Source: Methanotrichaceae archaeon
GTDB taxonomy: Archaea > Halobacteriota > Methanosarcinia > Methanotrichales > Methanotrichaceae
NCBI GenBank assembly: GCA_963748825.1
Contig: CAVVKN010000023.1
Location: 96,001 to 160,000, forward strand
Reading direction: 5' to 3'
DNA length: 64,000 nt
Shown here one piece after another: positions 1 through 9,780 of this stretch; the stretch's first letter is position 1; each line of letters starts with the position of its first letter. The notes beneath the pieces are model-generated. The model saw nothing but the letters and a program-made list of their open reading frames with translations, had not been told where the DNA came from and searched no databases. The position numbers were made by a program, and so were the translations under genes.

Positions 1-246
1 GATACTTAAATGGCTTGGATGCCTTTTCTTGCTCTGTTTATTGACGAGCACAATGGCTTTTTCCGAGGACACATCGAAATACATAGATAACCGGGCCACT
101 ATAGCAAAAATGACACATGAAAATGCCATCGAGCATCAGAATCAAATGAGTATTCTGAGGCAGGAGATGTCCCAAGTTAAACTGACGACACCAGGACCAC
201 GAGGACCTAAGGGAGATAGAGGTGCAGTCGGACCACGAGGACCTAA

Positions 247-367
247 GTCGTTGACGCGAGATAATTTACTCATTTCCAGAGGCATTTCTGAAATTGCATC
301 GTTTGATGATAACTATTTTTCTGGCTACGCTGACCCAAATTTGAGTATTTTATTTCCCGTCAACCCC
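247..367. mobile_element. MITE (121 bp) with imperfect 26-bp terminal inverted repeats and a TAA target-site duplication
   Basis: Left end GTCGTTGACGCGAGATAATTTACTCA matches the reverse complement of the right end (GGGGTTGACGGGAAATAAAATACTCA) at 20/26 positions. TAA at 244-246 and 368-370. Precisely interrupts the GPK-GDK collagen repeat. Confidence 0.8.
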
Positions 368-674
368 TAAGGGAGATAAAGGTGCAGTCGGACCACGAGG
401 ACCTAAGGGAGATAGAGGTGCAGTCGGACCACGAGGGGCAACTGGACCTAAGGGAGATAAGGGAGACACAGGTGAAGCAGGACCTAAGGGGGATACTGGA
501 CCCAAGGGGGATAAGGGAGATGTTGGAACCAAGGCTGACTTGGATAATCTTACGGATTGGCTCGCCACAAATGTAACTTATATTGATCAGAATGCAACCG
601 ACTTGGATAATGTTACCGCATGGCTTGATGCCAATGCAACCAAGGCGGACAATGCTCTATCCTGGCTCGCCTTG

Positions 675-1345
675 AATGTCACCAAAATAGGAGATCTTAA
701 GGAAAGAGTTGATAATGTGTCTCCGAGAGTCGGTTATCTTGAGAGAGATCTATCCGCAAATGTTTCCGAAATAGGATATCTTAAGGATAGAGTAATTAAT
801 AATATGTCTCCGAGAGTCGGTTATCTTGAGAGAGATCTATCCGCAAATGTTTCCGAAATAGGAGATCTTAAGGATAGGGTAATTGATAATGTGTCTCCGA
901 GGGTCGGTTATCTTGAGAGAGATCTATCCGCAAATGTTACCAAAATAGGAGATCTTAAGGATAGGGTAATTGATAATGTGTCTCCGAGGGTCGGTTATCT
1001 TGAGAGAGATCTATCCGCAAATGTTACCAAAATAGGAGATCTTAAGGATAGAGTAATTGATAATGTGTCTCCGAGGGTCGGTTATCTTGAGAGAGATCTA
1101 TCCGCAAATGTTTCCGAAATAGGAGATCTTAAGGATAGAGTAATTGATAATGTGTCTCCGAGGGTCGGCTATCTTGAGAGAGATCTATCCGCAAATGTTA
1201 CCGAAATAGGAGATCTTAAGGATAGAGTAATTGATAATGTGTCTCCGAGGGTCGGTTATCTTGAGAGAGATCTATCCGCAAATGTTACCGAAATAGGAGA
1301 TCTTAAGGATAGAGTAATTGATAATGTGTCTCCGAGGGTCGATTA
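675..1345 (+). repeat. Coding tandem repeat, 87 bp / 29 aa (DNVSPRVGYLERDLSANV[S/T][E/K]IGDLKDRVI), about 7.7 copies
   Basis: Units start at 711, 798, 885, 972, 1059, 1146, 1233 and 1320; near-identical, with no spacers. Confidence 0.95.
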
Positions 1346-1798
1346 CTCTTGAGACCAATCTGGATGCAAACGAAACACGAATCATCTCCCTAGAAGGCAA
1401 CGATACTGCTCAGGATTACTACGACATTACCATCCCGATGAATGCCAGCGGCGGGGATGCAAATGCCTACATCGCAGATGAGGATTGGCTAGTTACAAAG
1501 ATCCAGGAAGTTCATGTAGTACCTGGATCAGCGACTCTTACTGTCACCGTCAAGAAATGCACAGGTAGCAAGCACCGGATGCCGGCGCACCGATGCATAA
1601 TCCTGCCATCGCCCTCGATGGGCCGCCTGTACAGTTGTAGCTGCTGTACTATCATCTACATCTACAGACCTGACTCTTGCGGCAGGCGAACGGATAGCCT
1701 TGGATTATTCCGGCGATGCAACAGCGTTCTCCGGGGATCAATCACCATCAAGATGAAGACGGTTTAATCCCTCTTAATTTTATTATAATTACAACATA

Positions 1799-2008
1799 AT
1801 GACTGAGATCTATGCGTATATCCAGCCGCATGATGCCGATGATTGGATATCGGCCCATATAGTCTATCATACCGCGTGGGACACCGACGAAGCATTACAA
1901 TCCGCCTCACCAATCGAGGCAAGCGATCGCATAGATCTTGTCTCTGAAGGACTGCAAGGATGCAGACGATGCCACGCAGCCCCACGCGTTACCCCCGCTC
2001 CATGCTGA
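1799..2008 (+). CDS. Hypothetical small protein or gene remnant
   Basis: 69-aa ATG ORF after an AT-rich spacer; no recognisable motif. Confidence 0.25.
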   Translation: MTEIYAYIQPHDADDWISAHIVYHTAWDTDEALQSASPIEASDRIDLVSEGLQGCRRCHAAPRVTPAPC

Positions 2009-2132
2009 TGCAGGGGAATGAGGGTCATGTCTCCCGTTCCGTAGGAAGCACCATTCACTGAGGCATATGGCTGGTAAAAACCACGAGCTATAATGTTACT
2101 ATTATTTCGTGAGGATCTTTAAAAAATAAATT

Positions 2133-2978
2133 TTATACCAGCGGCCGAGGCTGCTTCTTCTCCGGCAGAACGGGCAGAGGCATCGTGTTTATCAGAAGCG
2201 GCTGCTCTACCTCCTTGGCCCTCTCTACCAAGAGCTCCTTGCCCCAGCGGGTCAAACCGAAGAGCGGCACGGCGGTGCCCACCTGCACCAGAGGCTTTAC
2301 CTGCTCACGAATGTGCTTTGAGGCGCAGGCGGTAACAATATCGGCTACTGCCAAGAGCCTAGCCGCATCTTCCCGGCATAGGGCGGTGAGATGAACCCCT
2401 ACTATCATCATCCTGACACCTGCTGCTTTCTCCAGCTCTCGCAGCTTTTCCGCTGACGAGGCATCGGCAACTGTTACGGCAAATTTCTTGTATCCGGCCG
2501 CTGCGGCATAGGCCGCCCCTTCTATCTGGTCTATCTTGCCGTCCTGGGGCGAGAGCACATGCCCGTCCATGGCCCGGATGCCCTCGATAACCTCAGGTAT
2601 GGGATCAGTCTCGGTAAGTCCGGATATGTAGCCGCCCATGCCCTGAACCAGATCGGCATTGGCCGTTATCACTGTTCCCGCGCCATCGCAAACGGTAACT
2701 GCGGCATCGATAATTCCCGTCTTAATGCCGGTCATCATGGACTCAGAGGCCCCAAAGCCCACGAAGATGCCCATCTTAAGCTTGCGCCGCGCCGAGAACA
2801 TCCCGTGATTCTTTATCCTAAACTCCATGTTTGCGGCAGCCGATTCGGACGTAATTTTTTTTATGCCCCTAATCTTGTCGAAGAGAGGACACCACTCAAT
2901 CAAGGGCTCGCTCGCATCCAGCACCTTTTCGCCTTCCACTTTGACGCGAGATTTTCCCAATAGCTCCATTATGTGCAT
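2133..2978 (-). CDS. Methanogenesis marker protein 8 (DUF2099)
   Basis: MHIMELLGKSRV..WCPLF, FVGFGASE, AAVTVCDGAGTV and TACASK signatures. Confidence 0.85.
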   Translation of the reverse strand: MHIMELLGKSRVKVEGEKVLDASEPLIEWCPLFDKIRGIKKITSESAAANMEFRIKNHGMFSARRKLKMGIFVGFGASESMMTGIKTGIIDAAVTVCDGAGTVITANADLVQGMGGYISGLTETDPIPEVIEGIRAMDGHVLSPQDGKIDQIEGAAYAAAAGYKKFAVTVADASSAEKLRELEKAAGVRMMIVGVHLTALCREDAARLLAVADIVTACASKHIREQVKPLVQVGTAVPLFGLTRWGKELLVERAKEVEQPLLINTMPLPVLPEKKQPRPLV

Positions 2979-3680
2979 TTAACCCTCCAGGAAGAAGTAG
3001 ACTCTTCTATTGGCTTTGCCCTTGTTCTCCGCCTTAATCATCTTGATCTTACCTATCTCGCCTGTGTTCTTAACATGAGTGCCTCCGCAGGCCTGCCGGT
3101 CGATGCCCTCTATCTCTACTATCCGAATCATCTCTCTGTCCGGGACAGCCATGGCCAGGCGGACGAGATCCGGCAAGACAAGCGCCTCGGCTCGGGGAAG
3201 GATTTTCGTGGTGACGGCGTGGCGCTCATCGACTATGCCATTGGCCTTCTCTACATACTCGCTCATCTTGGCCTTGTCAAAGCTCTCCAGGCTGAAATCC
3301 ACGCGCGATCTGGACAGTTCAATCTGGTTTCCCGTGATCTTAGCGCCAGTCTCCAGGAATATGACTGCACTGAGGATGTGGCAGGCAGTGTGACTGCGCA
3401 TGAATTGGTAACGCCTCTTGCTATCAATGGTCCCTGATACCCTGTCACCAGGCAGGAGGCCGGCCCTGTCCAGGATATGTTTTATTGCGCGTTCTCCTGG
3501 CTCTACTCCGACTACCTGGAACAGTTCCTCGCCCCGAATAAGAATGCCCGCATCCGCGGGCTGGCCACCCGACAGCGGATAGAATGCAGTTTTATCAAGT
3601 ATCACCAACTCGCCAAAGACATCTTCTACAGTGGCATCAAAAGTCCAAAGATAGCTATCCTCTAAGTACATCTCCTTCAT
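2979..3680 (-). CDS. alaXM: Alanyl-tRNA editing protein AlaX-M
   Basis: FYPLSGGQPAD, HTACH and QACGGTHV zinc motifs; start moved to MKEMYLEDSY at 3680. Confidence 0.9.
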   Translation of the reverse strand: MKEMYLEDSYLWTFDATVEDVFGELVILDKTAFYPLSGGQPADAGILIRGEELFQVVGVEPGERAIKHILDRAGLLPGDRVSGTIDSKRRYQFMRSHTACHILSAVIFLETGAKITGNQIELSRSRVDFSLESFDKAKMSEYVEKANGIVDERHAVTTKILPRAEALVLPDLVRLAMAVPDREMIRIVEIEGIDRQACGGTHVKNTGEIGKIKMIKAENKGKANRRVYFFLEG

Positions 3681-3824
3681 AAAAAGAAATGTAAAAGCTA
3701 CTCTCTCTTCAGCCTGGCGGGCGAAAAATATCATATAGATTAAAAAATAATTTATAAGACAGACATATTTTCGACCTCAATGGAATTATTTTCAACGAAA
3801 CTTATATATATGTTATCACTCGTT

Positions 3825-4220
3825 ATGCGCCTGGTGACCGCTTTGAATACAACAGCCGCCTCAGACCTGAAAGTCGAACGCGACGAATTTGCATCCATAC
3901 TCATGAAGGTAGGCCTGAAAAGGAACGTGGCCAAAGTTTTGACCTATCTGGCAGGGGTGGCAGAGGCAACATCCCGCGAGATAGAGATTGGATCGGATCT
4001 TCGCCAGCCGGAAGTGAGCATTGCCATGCGGGAGATTCGAAAACTGGACTGGATTGCAGAGAGGGACGAGAAAAATCCAGGAAAGGGACGACCGTATCGC
4101 ATCTACAAGTTAAATAGAAGCCTTCCTGAAATAGTCGATTACCTGGAAGGGGAGAAGTCAAAGGAATCCGAGAGGATGCTGAGACAGATTGAAAAGCTCA
4201 AATCCTTGAAGTCCAATTGA
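3825..4220 (+). CDS. Winged-helix transcriptional regulator (archaeal ArsR/TrmB-like)
   Basis: SREIE..DLRQPEVSIAM HTH and GKGRPYRIY wing; TATA-like CTTATATATA at ~3801 favours the ATG at 3825. Confidence 0.8.
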   Translation: MRLVTALNTTAASDLKVERDEFASILMKVGLKRNVAKVLTYLAGVAEATSREIEIGSDLRQPEVSIAMREIRKLDWIAERDEKNPGKGRPYRIYKLNRSLPEIVDYLEGEKSKESERMLRQIEKLKSLKSN

Positions 4221-4491
4221 ACATCACAACGTTTTCTTTTCTATTCAAATCAATTTTTTAGCGATCATCGATAAGTATTTGACGTAAAATAAAATATTCA
4301 AATTTTAGCCAGCATAACCATAAATTGTGATCATTATAGAATATAATTCCAGACATGTCTCGAGAATGTGTAAATTATCTCCCGTCAAGTCCTAAACAAT
4401 ATGTAATATATTATTAAGATATATATCTTCTCTATGCAAAAAACTATATACTAATTGATTAGTAGAATAAGGCAGAAAAAAAGTAGAGGGG

Positions 4492-5610
4492 ATGGAGATT
4501 AAGTACATCATCGACGAAGCCCTGGGCAGATCTGAGGCCGAGAGCAGGATCAAACCTTCCAGCATGATCCAGAGCGATGAAGAGCTGGTTTCGGTTTTAG
4601 AAGAGCTGACCACGGTTATCCGAGTCATAGGATGCGGTGGAGGCGGCTCAAATACCATAGACCGTTTGGCAGAGTGCGGCATCCAGGGTGCGGAGCTATT
4701 TGCCATCAATACCGATGCCCAGCATCTTTTGCATATCAACGCCGACCGGCGTTTTCTCATTGGCAGGCGCACCACACGTGGCCTGGGGGCAGGAAGCTTG
4801 CCCGCCATCGGGGAGGAGGCGGCTCAGGAGGATATCGATGAGATCAAAGCGTCCGTGGAAGGAGCTGATATGGTCTTCGTTACCTGTGGACTTGGCGGCG
4901 GCACAGGAACGGGAGCGTCTCCCGTAGTAGCGGAAGCCGCACGCGAGGCGGGGGCTCTCACCATTGCCATCGTCACCATCCCCTTCAGTGCGGAAGGCTC
5001 CATCAGAATGCAGAATGCCGAAGCCGGCCTGAAGAGGCTGCGAGAGGTTTCGGACACGGTAATAGTGGTGCCCAACGATCGGTTATTAGATGTAGTTCCC
5101 AACCTCCCCCTGCAGGCGGCATTCAAGGTAGCCGATGAGGTGCTGATGCGCTCCGTCAAGGGCATCACCGAGTTGATCACCCGACCCGGACTGATCAATC
5201 TGGACTTTGCCGATGTCAGAACGGTCATGACCAACGGCGGCGTGGCCATGATCGGCATGGGTGAGGCAGAAGGCGAGGAGAAGGCACGCGACTCCGTCAT
5301 GAAGGCTCTGCGCAGTCCCCTCCTGGATGTGGATGTATCGGGCGCAAACTCGGCTCTGGTAAATGTGGTGGGAGGGCCGGATATGACTATCACCGATGCC
5401 GAAACGGTGGTAGATGAGGTCTACCAGAAGATCAATCCTGATGCTCGCATAATCTGGGGCGCGCAGATAGACCCGAACCTTGAGCATACTCTGCGGACCA
5501 TGCTTGTGGTCACCGGTGTATCGTCCCCGCAAATACTGGGAAAGGACCTGAACCGACGTGTTACATCCCGTCACGGTATAGACTTCCTCCCTCGCCGGGC
5601 GCGCTACTGA
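4492..5610 (+). CDS. ftsZ: Cell division protein FtsZ
   Basis: [17 protein letters not shown] tubulin motif, LINLDFADV. Confidence 0.97.
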   Translation: MEIKYIIDEALGRSEAESRIKPSSMIQSDEELVSVLEELTTVIRVIGCGGGGSNTIDRLAECGIQGAELFAINTDAQHLLHINADRRFLIGRRTTRGLGAGSLPAIGEEAAQEDIDEIKASVEGADMVFVTCGLGGGTGTGASPVVAEAAREAGALTIAIVTIPFSAEGSIRMQNAEAGLKRLREVSDTVIVVPNDRLLDVVPNLPLQAAFKVADEVLMRSVKGITELITRPGLINLDFADVRTVMTNGGVAMIGMGEAEGEEKARDSVMKALRSPLLDVDVSGANSALVNVVGGPDMTITDAETVVDEVYQKINPDARIIWGAQIDPNLEHTLRTMLVVTGVSSPQILGKDLNRRVTSRHGIDFLPRRARY

Positions 5611-5716
5611 TCTCCATCCTTTCTTGTTTTTGATTATATGTGCTAACACGTACCATGTCAATCGATGGAATTATAAGGCCGCACCCGAATTAATACTATT
5701 GATCCCATGAGCGGAT

Positions 5717-6025
5717 GTGATAGTAATTCTGACCGAGAAGGTGAGCGGCGAGCTTGAGATGCTGCAACGGCACCTGGTCATCCTCAAGCAAGTGGTGGAG
5801 AATGAACCCATAGGCATCCTCAAGCTGGCGGAGGAGACAAAGATACCCAGCCACAAGGTACGATATTCCCTGCGGGTTTTAGAGCAGGAAGGATTAATCA
5901 AGGCTTCAGCCCCGGGAGCTGTGACCACGGAGGAAACCCAATCTTTTCTAAAAGAGCTGGACGGCATGATTGAGAATCTGGCCAAGCGGGCAGAGGATCT
6001 GAAGAAGATCAAGATAGCGAGGTAA
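5717..6025 (+). CDS. Small winged-helix DNA-binding protein
   Basis: EPIGILKLAEET..HKVRYSLRVLEQEGLIKAS; stop abuts the next ATG (TAAATG). Confidence 0.8.
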   Translation: MIVILTEKVSGELEMLQRHLVILKQVVENEPIGILKLAEETKIPSHKVRYSLRVLEQEGLIKASAPGAVTTEETQSFLKELDGMIENLAKRAEDLKKIKIAR

Positions 6026-7636
6026 ATGCGTTATTCTCGAATTGCCCAGGCCCTGCAAGAGATCTCCCAGGCCCCCCGAAGCCAAAAGGTCGATCTAACG
6101 GCGGGCCTTCTGGCAGAGATTGAGCCTACGCCAAAGATGCTCTGTCCAGCCGTGCGGCTGCTTTTAGGCGAGCTTTGGCCGCCCTGGGAAGGGAGGGAGA
6201 TGGGCATAGGTCCGGAAGCTCTCATGGCGGCCTTGGCGGAGGTATCTGATCAAGATCTTCCTTCTCTGCGGGAGAGATGCAGTGACATGGGGATGGTGGC
6301 TGAGGCGGCACTGGGGCAGAAAGGGCAGCATTCCCTTTTTCGCGAGCCTCTCGAAGCCTTATCGGTTTATGAAAGGCTCCGGCGCATCTCTACATTAAAT
6401 GGCAAGGAATCGGAACAACGCAAGAATGCTCTACTAAGGGGCCTATTTTTAGAAGCAACTCCCCTGGAGGGAAAGTACATCGCACGAACTGCGCTGCGAA
6501 ATATGCAGGCCGGCATCGGGCATAAGACCATGATTGCCGCGCTCTCTTCCTCACTGCACTGCGACCAGGAGAAAATTCGCCGTGCTTACAGCCTCATGCC
6601 GGACTTGGGCAGCATTGCCGCTCTGACGTGCAGCAGGGAGCTGGAGAGAGTTGCCATCCGGCCTAAAGTTCCCACCAGGTTCATGCTATTTCGCCGCAGC
6701 GATCCTAAGGCGCCGGGAGCTTTTCTGCCTAAATATCCAGGCTTGCGGGTGCAGGTTCATAAAATAGAAAACGAGGTTATTATCTTCACCTCGCAACTAC
6801 GAAATATCACCTTTGCCCTGAACGGCATATCCCGGATGCTTGGAGAAATAGATGCGGATTTTGTCGTGGATGCCGACCTCATAGGATTTCATGATAGCGG
6901 CAATAGGAGAAAAGAGATTTGCAGCCAGGCGGAAATGCTGAGGTACATCAATCGCCGTCGCCTCTCTCGCAAGAGCAACATTCACCCGGCCCTCCTGGCC
7001 TATGACCTCATCGCCCTGCAAGGAGAAGACATTTGCAGTATGCCCTATCAGGATCGGCGAAAGAGGCTTTTATCAATACTTGGCGAGCCCAAAGCCATGC
7101 CCTTTCAGGGAATATCTCCTGCCCAGGAAGACGTCCTTATGGATAGTGGCGAAGTTGATGAATTTCTCTGCCGGGCAGGGATTGCCGGAGCCAGGGCGTT
7201 GTTAGAGCGAGATCTTCAGGCCGCCTATCGTCCCGGCGAAGTCTCCGATCAGGATTTCATCATCAGAGCCGAGCATAATCTCGCCGCTCTGATTGTGCGG
7301 ATGTCGTGGGGCCGCGGCAAAGAAGAGAAGCATTCGGCAAGATATCAGGTAGCATTAAGGAGAGGCGAAGAGCTTGTGCCAGTAGGCTGGGCATGGCGCG
7401 GTCTTCTCGATAAAGATCAACAGGCTCTATCCCATAGCCTGAGATCCCTGGTAAGAGATGAGGATGAGAGTGGTGCCGATGTAAATGCGCAGGTTGTCCT
7501 GAACCTTAAGATCAGAGGAGCGCATAAAAATGGAGAGAAATACAGCATTCTTGAGCCGGTGATTGAAAGCGTTAGGCTCAATGCCTCCCCAGAGGATGCG
7601 GATGAGCTGGAGAGGCTGGAGAAGATCTGCCCCTGA
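6026..7636 (+). CDS. ATP-dependent DNA ligase-like protein (DBD-NTase-OB) with degenerate catalytic motifs
   Basis: Ligase N-domain (ATPLEGKYIARTAL..MQAGIG), motif I-like PKYPGLRVQVHK, AYDLIAL, YQDRRKRL and C-terminal SPEDAD; motifs III-VI altered. Confidence 0.8.
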   Translation: MRYSRIAQALQEISQAPRSQKVDLTAGLLAEIEPTPKMLCPAVRLLLGELWPPWEGREMGIGPEALMAALAEVSDQDLPSLRERCSDMGMVAEAALGQKGQHSLFREPLEALSVYERLRRISTLNGKESEQRKNALLRGLFLEATPLEGKYIARTALRNMQAGIGHKTMIAALSSSLHCDQEKIRRAYSLMPDLGSIAALTCSRELERVAIRPKVPTRFMLFRRSDPKAPGAFLPKYPGLRVQVHKIENEVIIFTSQLRNITFALNGISRMLGEIDADFVVDADLIGFHDSGNRRKEICSQAEMLRYINRRRLSRKSNIHPALLAYDLIALQGEDICSMPYQDRRKRLLSILGEPKAMPFQGISPAQEDVLMDSGEVDEFLCRAGIAGARALLERDLQAAYRPGEVSDQDFIIRAEHNLAALIVRMSWGRGKEEKHSARYQVALRRGEELVPVGWAWRGLLDKDQQALSHSLRSLVRDEDESGADVNAQVVLNLKIRGAHKNGEKYSILEPVIESVRLNASPEDADELERLEKICP

Positions 7637-8523
7637 TGATCCTCAGATCCTTTGACCCCTGGAAGAGCCAGCTGTGCACCTGTCCGGCCAAGATGAGCCT
7701 GAATCCCTACACAGGATGCCCGCATGGCTGCCTTTACTGCTACGCCTCATCCTACATCCCCCGCTTTGCAGAATGCCGCCCCAAGGTTGATCTCCTAAAA
7801 CGCCTGGCCAGAGAGTCGTCCAAGATCAGGCCCGGCACCCTGGTGGCATTGTCCAATAGCTCCGATCCCTATCCCCCCATGGAAAAGGATCTGAGGCTCA
7901 GCCGGGGCTGTTTGCAGATCTTAAAAGCACGGGGTCTTCGTGTCCAGGTGGTGACCAAGTCGCATCTGGTGGCCCAGGATGCAGAGCTATTGGCCGAAAT
8001 GTTGGCCTGCGTGGCCATAACCGTCACTACGCTGCAGGACTCAATTTGCCGCAGGCTGGAGCCGGGAGCGCCATTGCCGGCAAAACGCCTTGATGCCATG
8101 GCGAAGCTGGCGGAAAGGGGTGTTGCCGTCTCGGCCAGAATCGATCCCATAATTCCCGGCATAAACGATGCAGAGATCGAACAATTGGCGGCTGCCGTCT
8201 CACGGGCCGGAGCCGGGCACATAACCTCATCCACTTATAAGGCCCGTCCGGGAAATATGAATAAGATCATCTCTGCCTTTCCGCAAGAGGGCGCAGCTTT
8301 AAAGAGCCTGTTTGCAAGAGGCGACAAGGTTGCAGGAAGCTGCTATCTTCCGGCAGATACTAGATGCGATCTGATGCAAAGGGTAAAAGAGAGTGCACAG
8401 CAAGAGAGAGTGACGTTCTCCTCTTGCCGGGAAGGATGGGCAAGAGTTCCGGGAATAAACTGCGATGGGTCGCATTTATTGTCCCCGATTAGCAGTATTG
8501 AACATAATTCCGGAGATAGATGA
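7636..8523 (+). CDS. Radical SAM protein, spore-photoproduct-lyase-like (MJ0683/COG1533 type)
   Basis: LNPYTGCPHGCLYCY (CxxxCxxC), SDPYPPME, LEPGAP, RIDPIIPGIND; TGATG overlap with the upstream gene. Confidence 0.88.
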   Translation: MILRSFDPWKSQLCTCPAKMSLNPYTGCPHGCLYCYASSYIPRFAECRPKVDLLKRLARESSKIRPGTLVALSNSSDPYPPMEKDLRLSRGCLQILKARGLRVQVVTKSHLVAQDAELLAEMLACVAITVTTLQDSICRRLEPGAPLPAKRLDAMAKLAERGVAVSARIDPIIPGINDAEIEQLAAAVSRAGAGHITSSTYKARPGNMNKIISAFPQEGAALKSLFARGDKVAGSCYLPADTRCDLMQRVKESAQQERVTFSSCREGWARVPGINCDGSHLLSPISSIEHNSGDR

Positions 8524-8660
8524 ACCTACTGAAACACAAAAATAATACAGTGGGCCAACCGGCCATGTCAGTTTTGCCACCGTATCGCCATATCGTCCCT
8601 GTCGAGGTGGACGGGGGCATAAATGCGATGCGGTCCCTTAATTGTGGTCATCGTCCATGA

Positions 8661-8691
8661 AAGTCTATTTATATGAAGAATAACTAGACTT
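8661..8691. promoter_or_regulatory. 12-bp inverted repeat straddling a TATA box upstream of the 8773 gene
   Basis: AAGTCTATTTAT-N7-ATAACTAGACTT (11/12 match); TTTATAT at 8668-8674. Confidence 0.5.
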
Positions 8692-8772
8692 GACGACAAT
8701 TCTTCTCAAAGGGGAGGATGTTCAAGCTACAGTCATAAATGCTATGCGCTAGAGGAATAGGAGGTATTCAAT

Positions 8773-9645
8773 ATGAGGAAAATTATGGCTATCACTGTGG
8801 CCCTCATGATAGCAGCCATTATTTTAATGCCTGCTTTGGGGTACACTAATCAAGCTGCCGGAAATCAGTCTTACACTGTAAAATCAGGAGATAGAGTCGG
8901 CTACAGCGTCACAACAAATGTTCCCGCCCATAACCTGACTCCGGATATGATGGCAAACAAGTATTCTCTCAAGTCCGCCGGTATTCAGAGTACCAGGATG
9001 CCCTACTCGTTTAAGCAGGGAACCGCCACACCCTACTCCGTTAAGCTGGAAGGTGTCAAGAATGCTGCTCCACTGGGCATGAAAACCAAGCCGGTCGCAA
9101 AACTGGGAAGCATGATGGATGCAGCTCTGCCCGTGGCTGCTCCTGTGGTTGAGCCTGTAGCCACTCCTGTGGTTGAGACCGTAGCTGCGCCAATGAATGA
9201 GACCGTAGCTACTCCTGTGGTTGAGACCGTGGCCGCTCCTGTGGTTGAGACCGTAGCTGCGCCAATGAATGAGACCGTAGCTACTCCTGTGGTTGAGACC
9301 GAAGCTGAGCCAATGAATGAGACCGTGGCCGCTCCTGTGGTTGAGACCATGGCTGCACCAATGAATGAGACCAAATTCACGATCGAAGGAATTGTCACCG
9401 ATATCAATCAAACCGGCCTTGCTGGCTGGACCATGAATCTGACAATGGATGGAGCAGTTATCAATAGTGTTGCAACAGCCGCTGACGGCAAGTTTGCCTT
9501 CGCAGACCTGGCTGCTGGTGAATACAATGTTTCCGAGGTCCTCATGGAGGGCTGGAGCATAATCTCCCCCGCTGAGGGCAAGTCCGTTGTAACCATCACC
9601 AATGCCAGTGTTACCGACCTGGTATTCGTCAATCAACTCGGGTAG
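8773..9645 (+). CDS. Secreted surface protein with a P/V/T repeat linker and a C-terminal SdrD-B/CnaB-like domain
   Basis: Signal peptide, GGAGGT RBS, GLAGWT..T.ADGKFAFADLAAGEYNVSE beta-sandwich motif. Confidence 0.8.
   Translation: MRKIMAITVALMIAAIILMPALGYTNQAAGNQSYTVKSGDRVGYSVTTNVPAHNLTPDMMANKYSLKSAGIQSTRMPYSFKQGTATPYSVKLEGVKNAAPLGMKTKPVAKLGSMMDAALPVAAPVVEPVATPVVETVAAPMNETVATPVVETVAAPVVETVAAPMNETVATPVVETEAEPMNETVAAPVVETMAAPMNETKFTIEGIVTDINQTGLAGWTMNLTMDGAVINSVATAADGKFAFADLAAGEYNVSEVLMEGWSIISPAEGKSVVTITNASVTDLVFVNQLG
9142..9372 (+). repeat. Coding 24-bp / 8-aa tandem repeat (PVVETVAA / PMNETVAT), about 9.6 units
   Basis: Repeated cctgtggttgagaccgtagct and ccaatgaatgagaccgt units. Confidence 0.9.
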
Positions 9646-9780
9646 AACCGGCAAAAAGCAATATAAAAAATCATGACCCTGGTCCTCCAGGGCTCTTTTT
9701 TTCTTTTTTTCTTGTGCTACATCAACCAATAATCTTTCATAGGGTGAAGAGCAAAAGGTAATGATAATTGGGGGATATTT

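Larger units (their letters stand above)
2..1767 (+). pseudogene. Secreted collagen-like / coiled-coil fibre protein, interrupted by a MITE and frameshifts; 5' end lies upstream of the window
   Basis: Signal-peptide-like ILKWLGCLFLLCLLTSTMAFS. Gly-X-Y triplets lie on both sides of the 247-367 insert; removing 247-370 fuses ORF 29-370 in frame with ORF 540-1352, giving 24 triplets. A +1 shift at ~1346 leads into a C-terminal domain ending at 1767, with further apparent shifts near 1570-1730. Confidence 0.75.

Noticed and set aside
675-1345. Possible CRISPR array
   Set aside because: Repeats are contiguous 87-bp in-frame coding units with no unique spacers, and no cas genes are present
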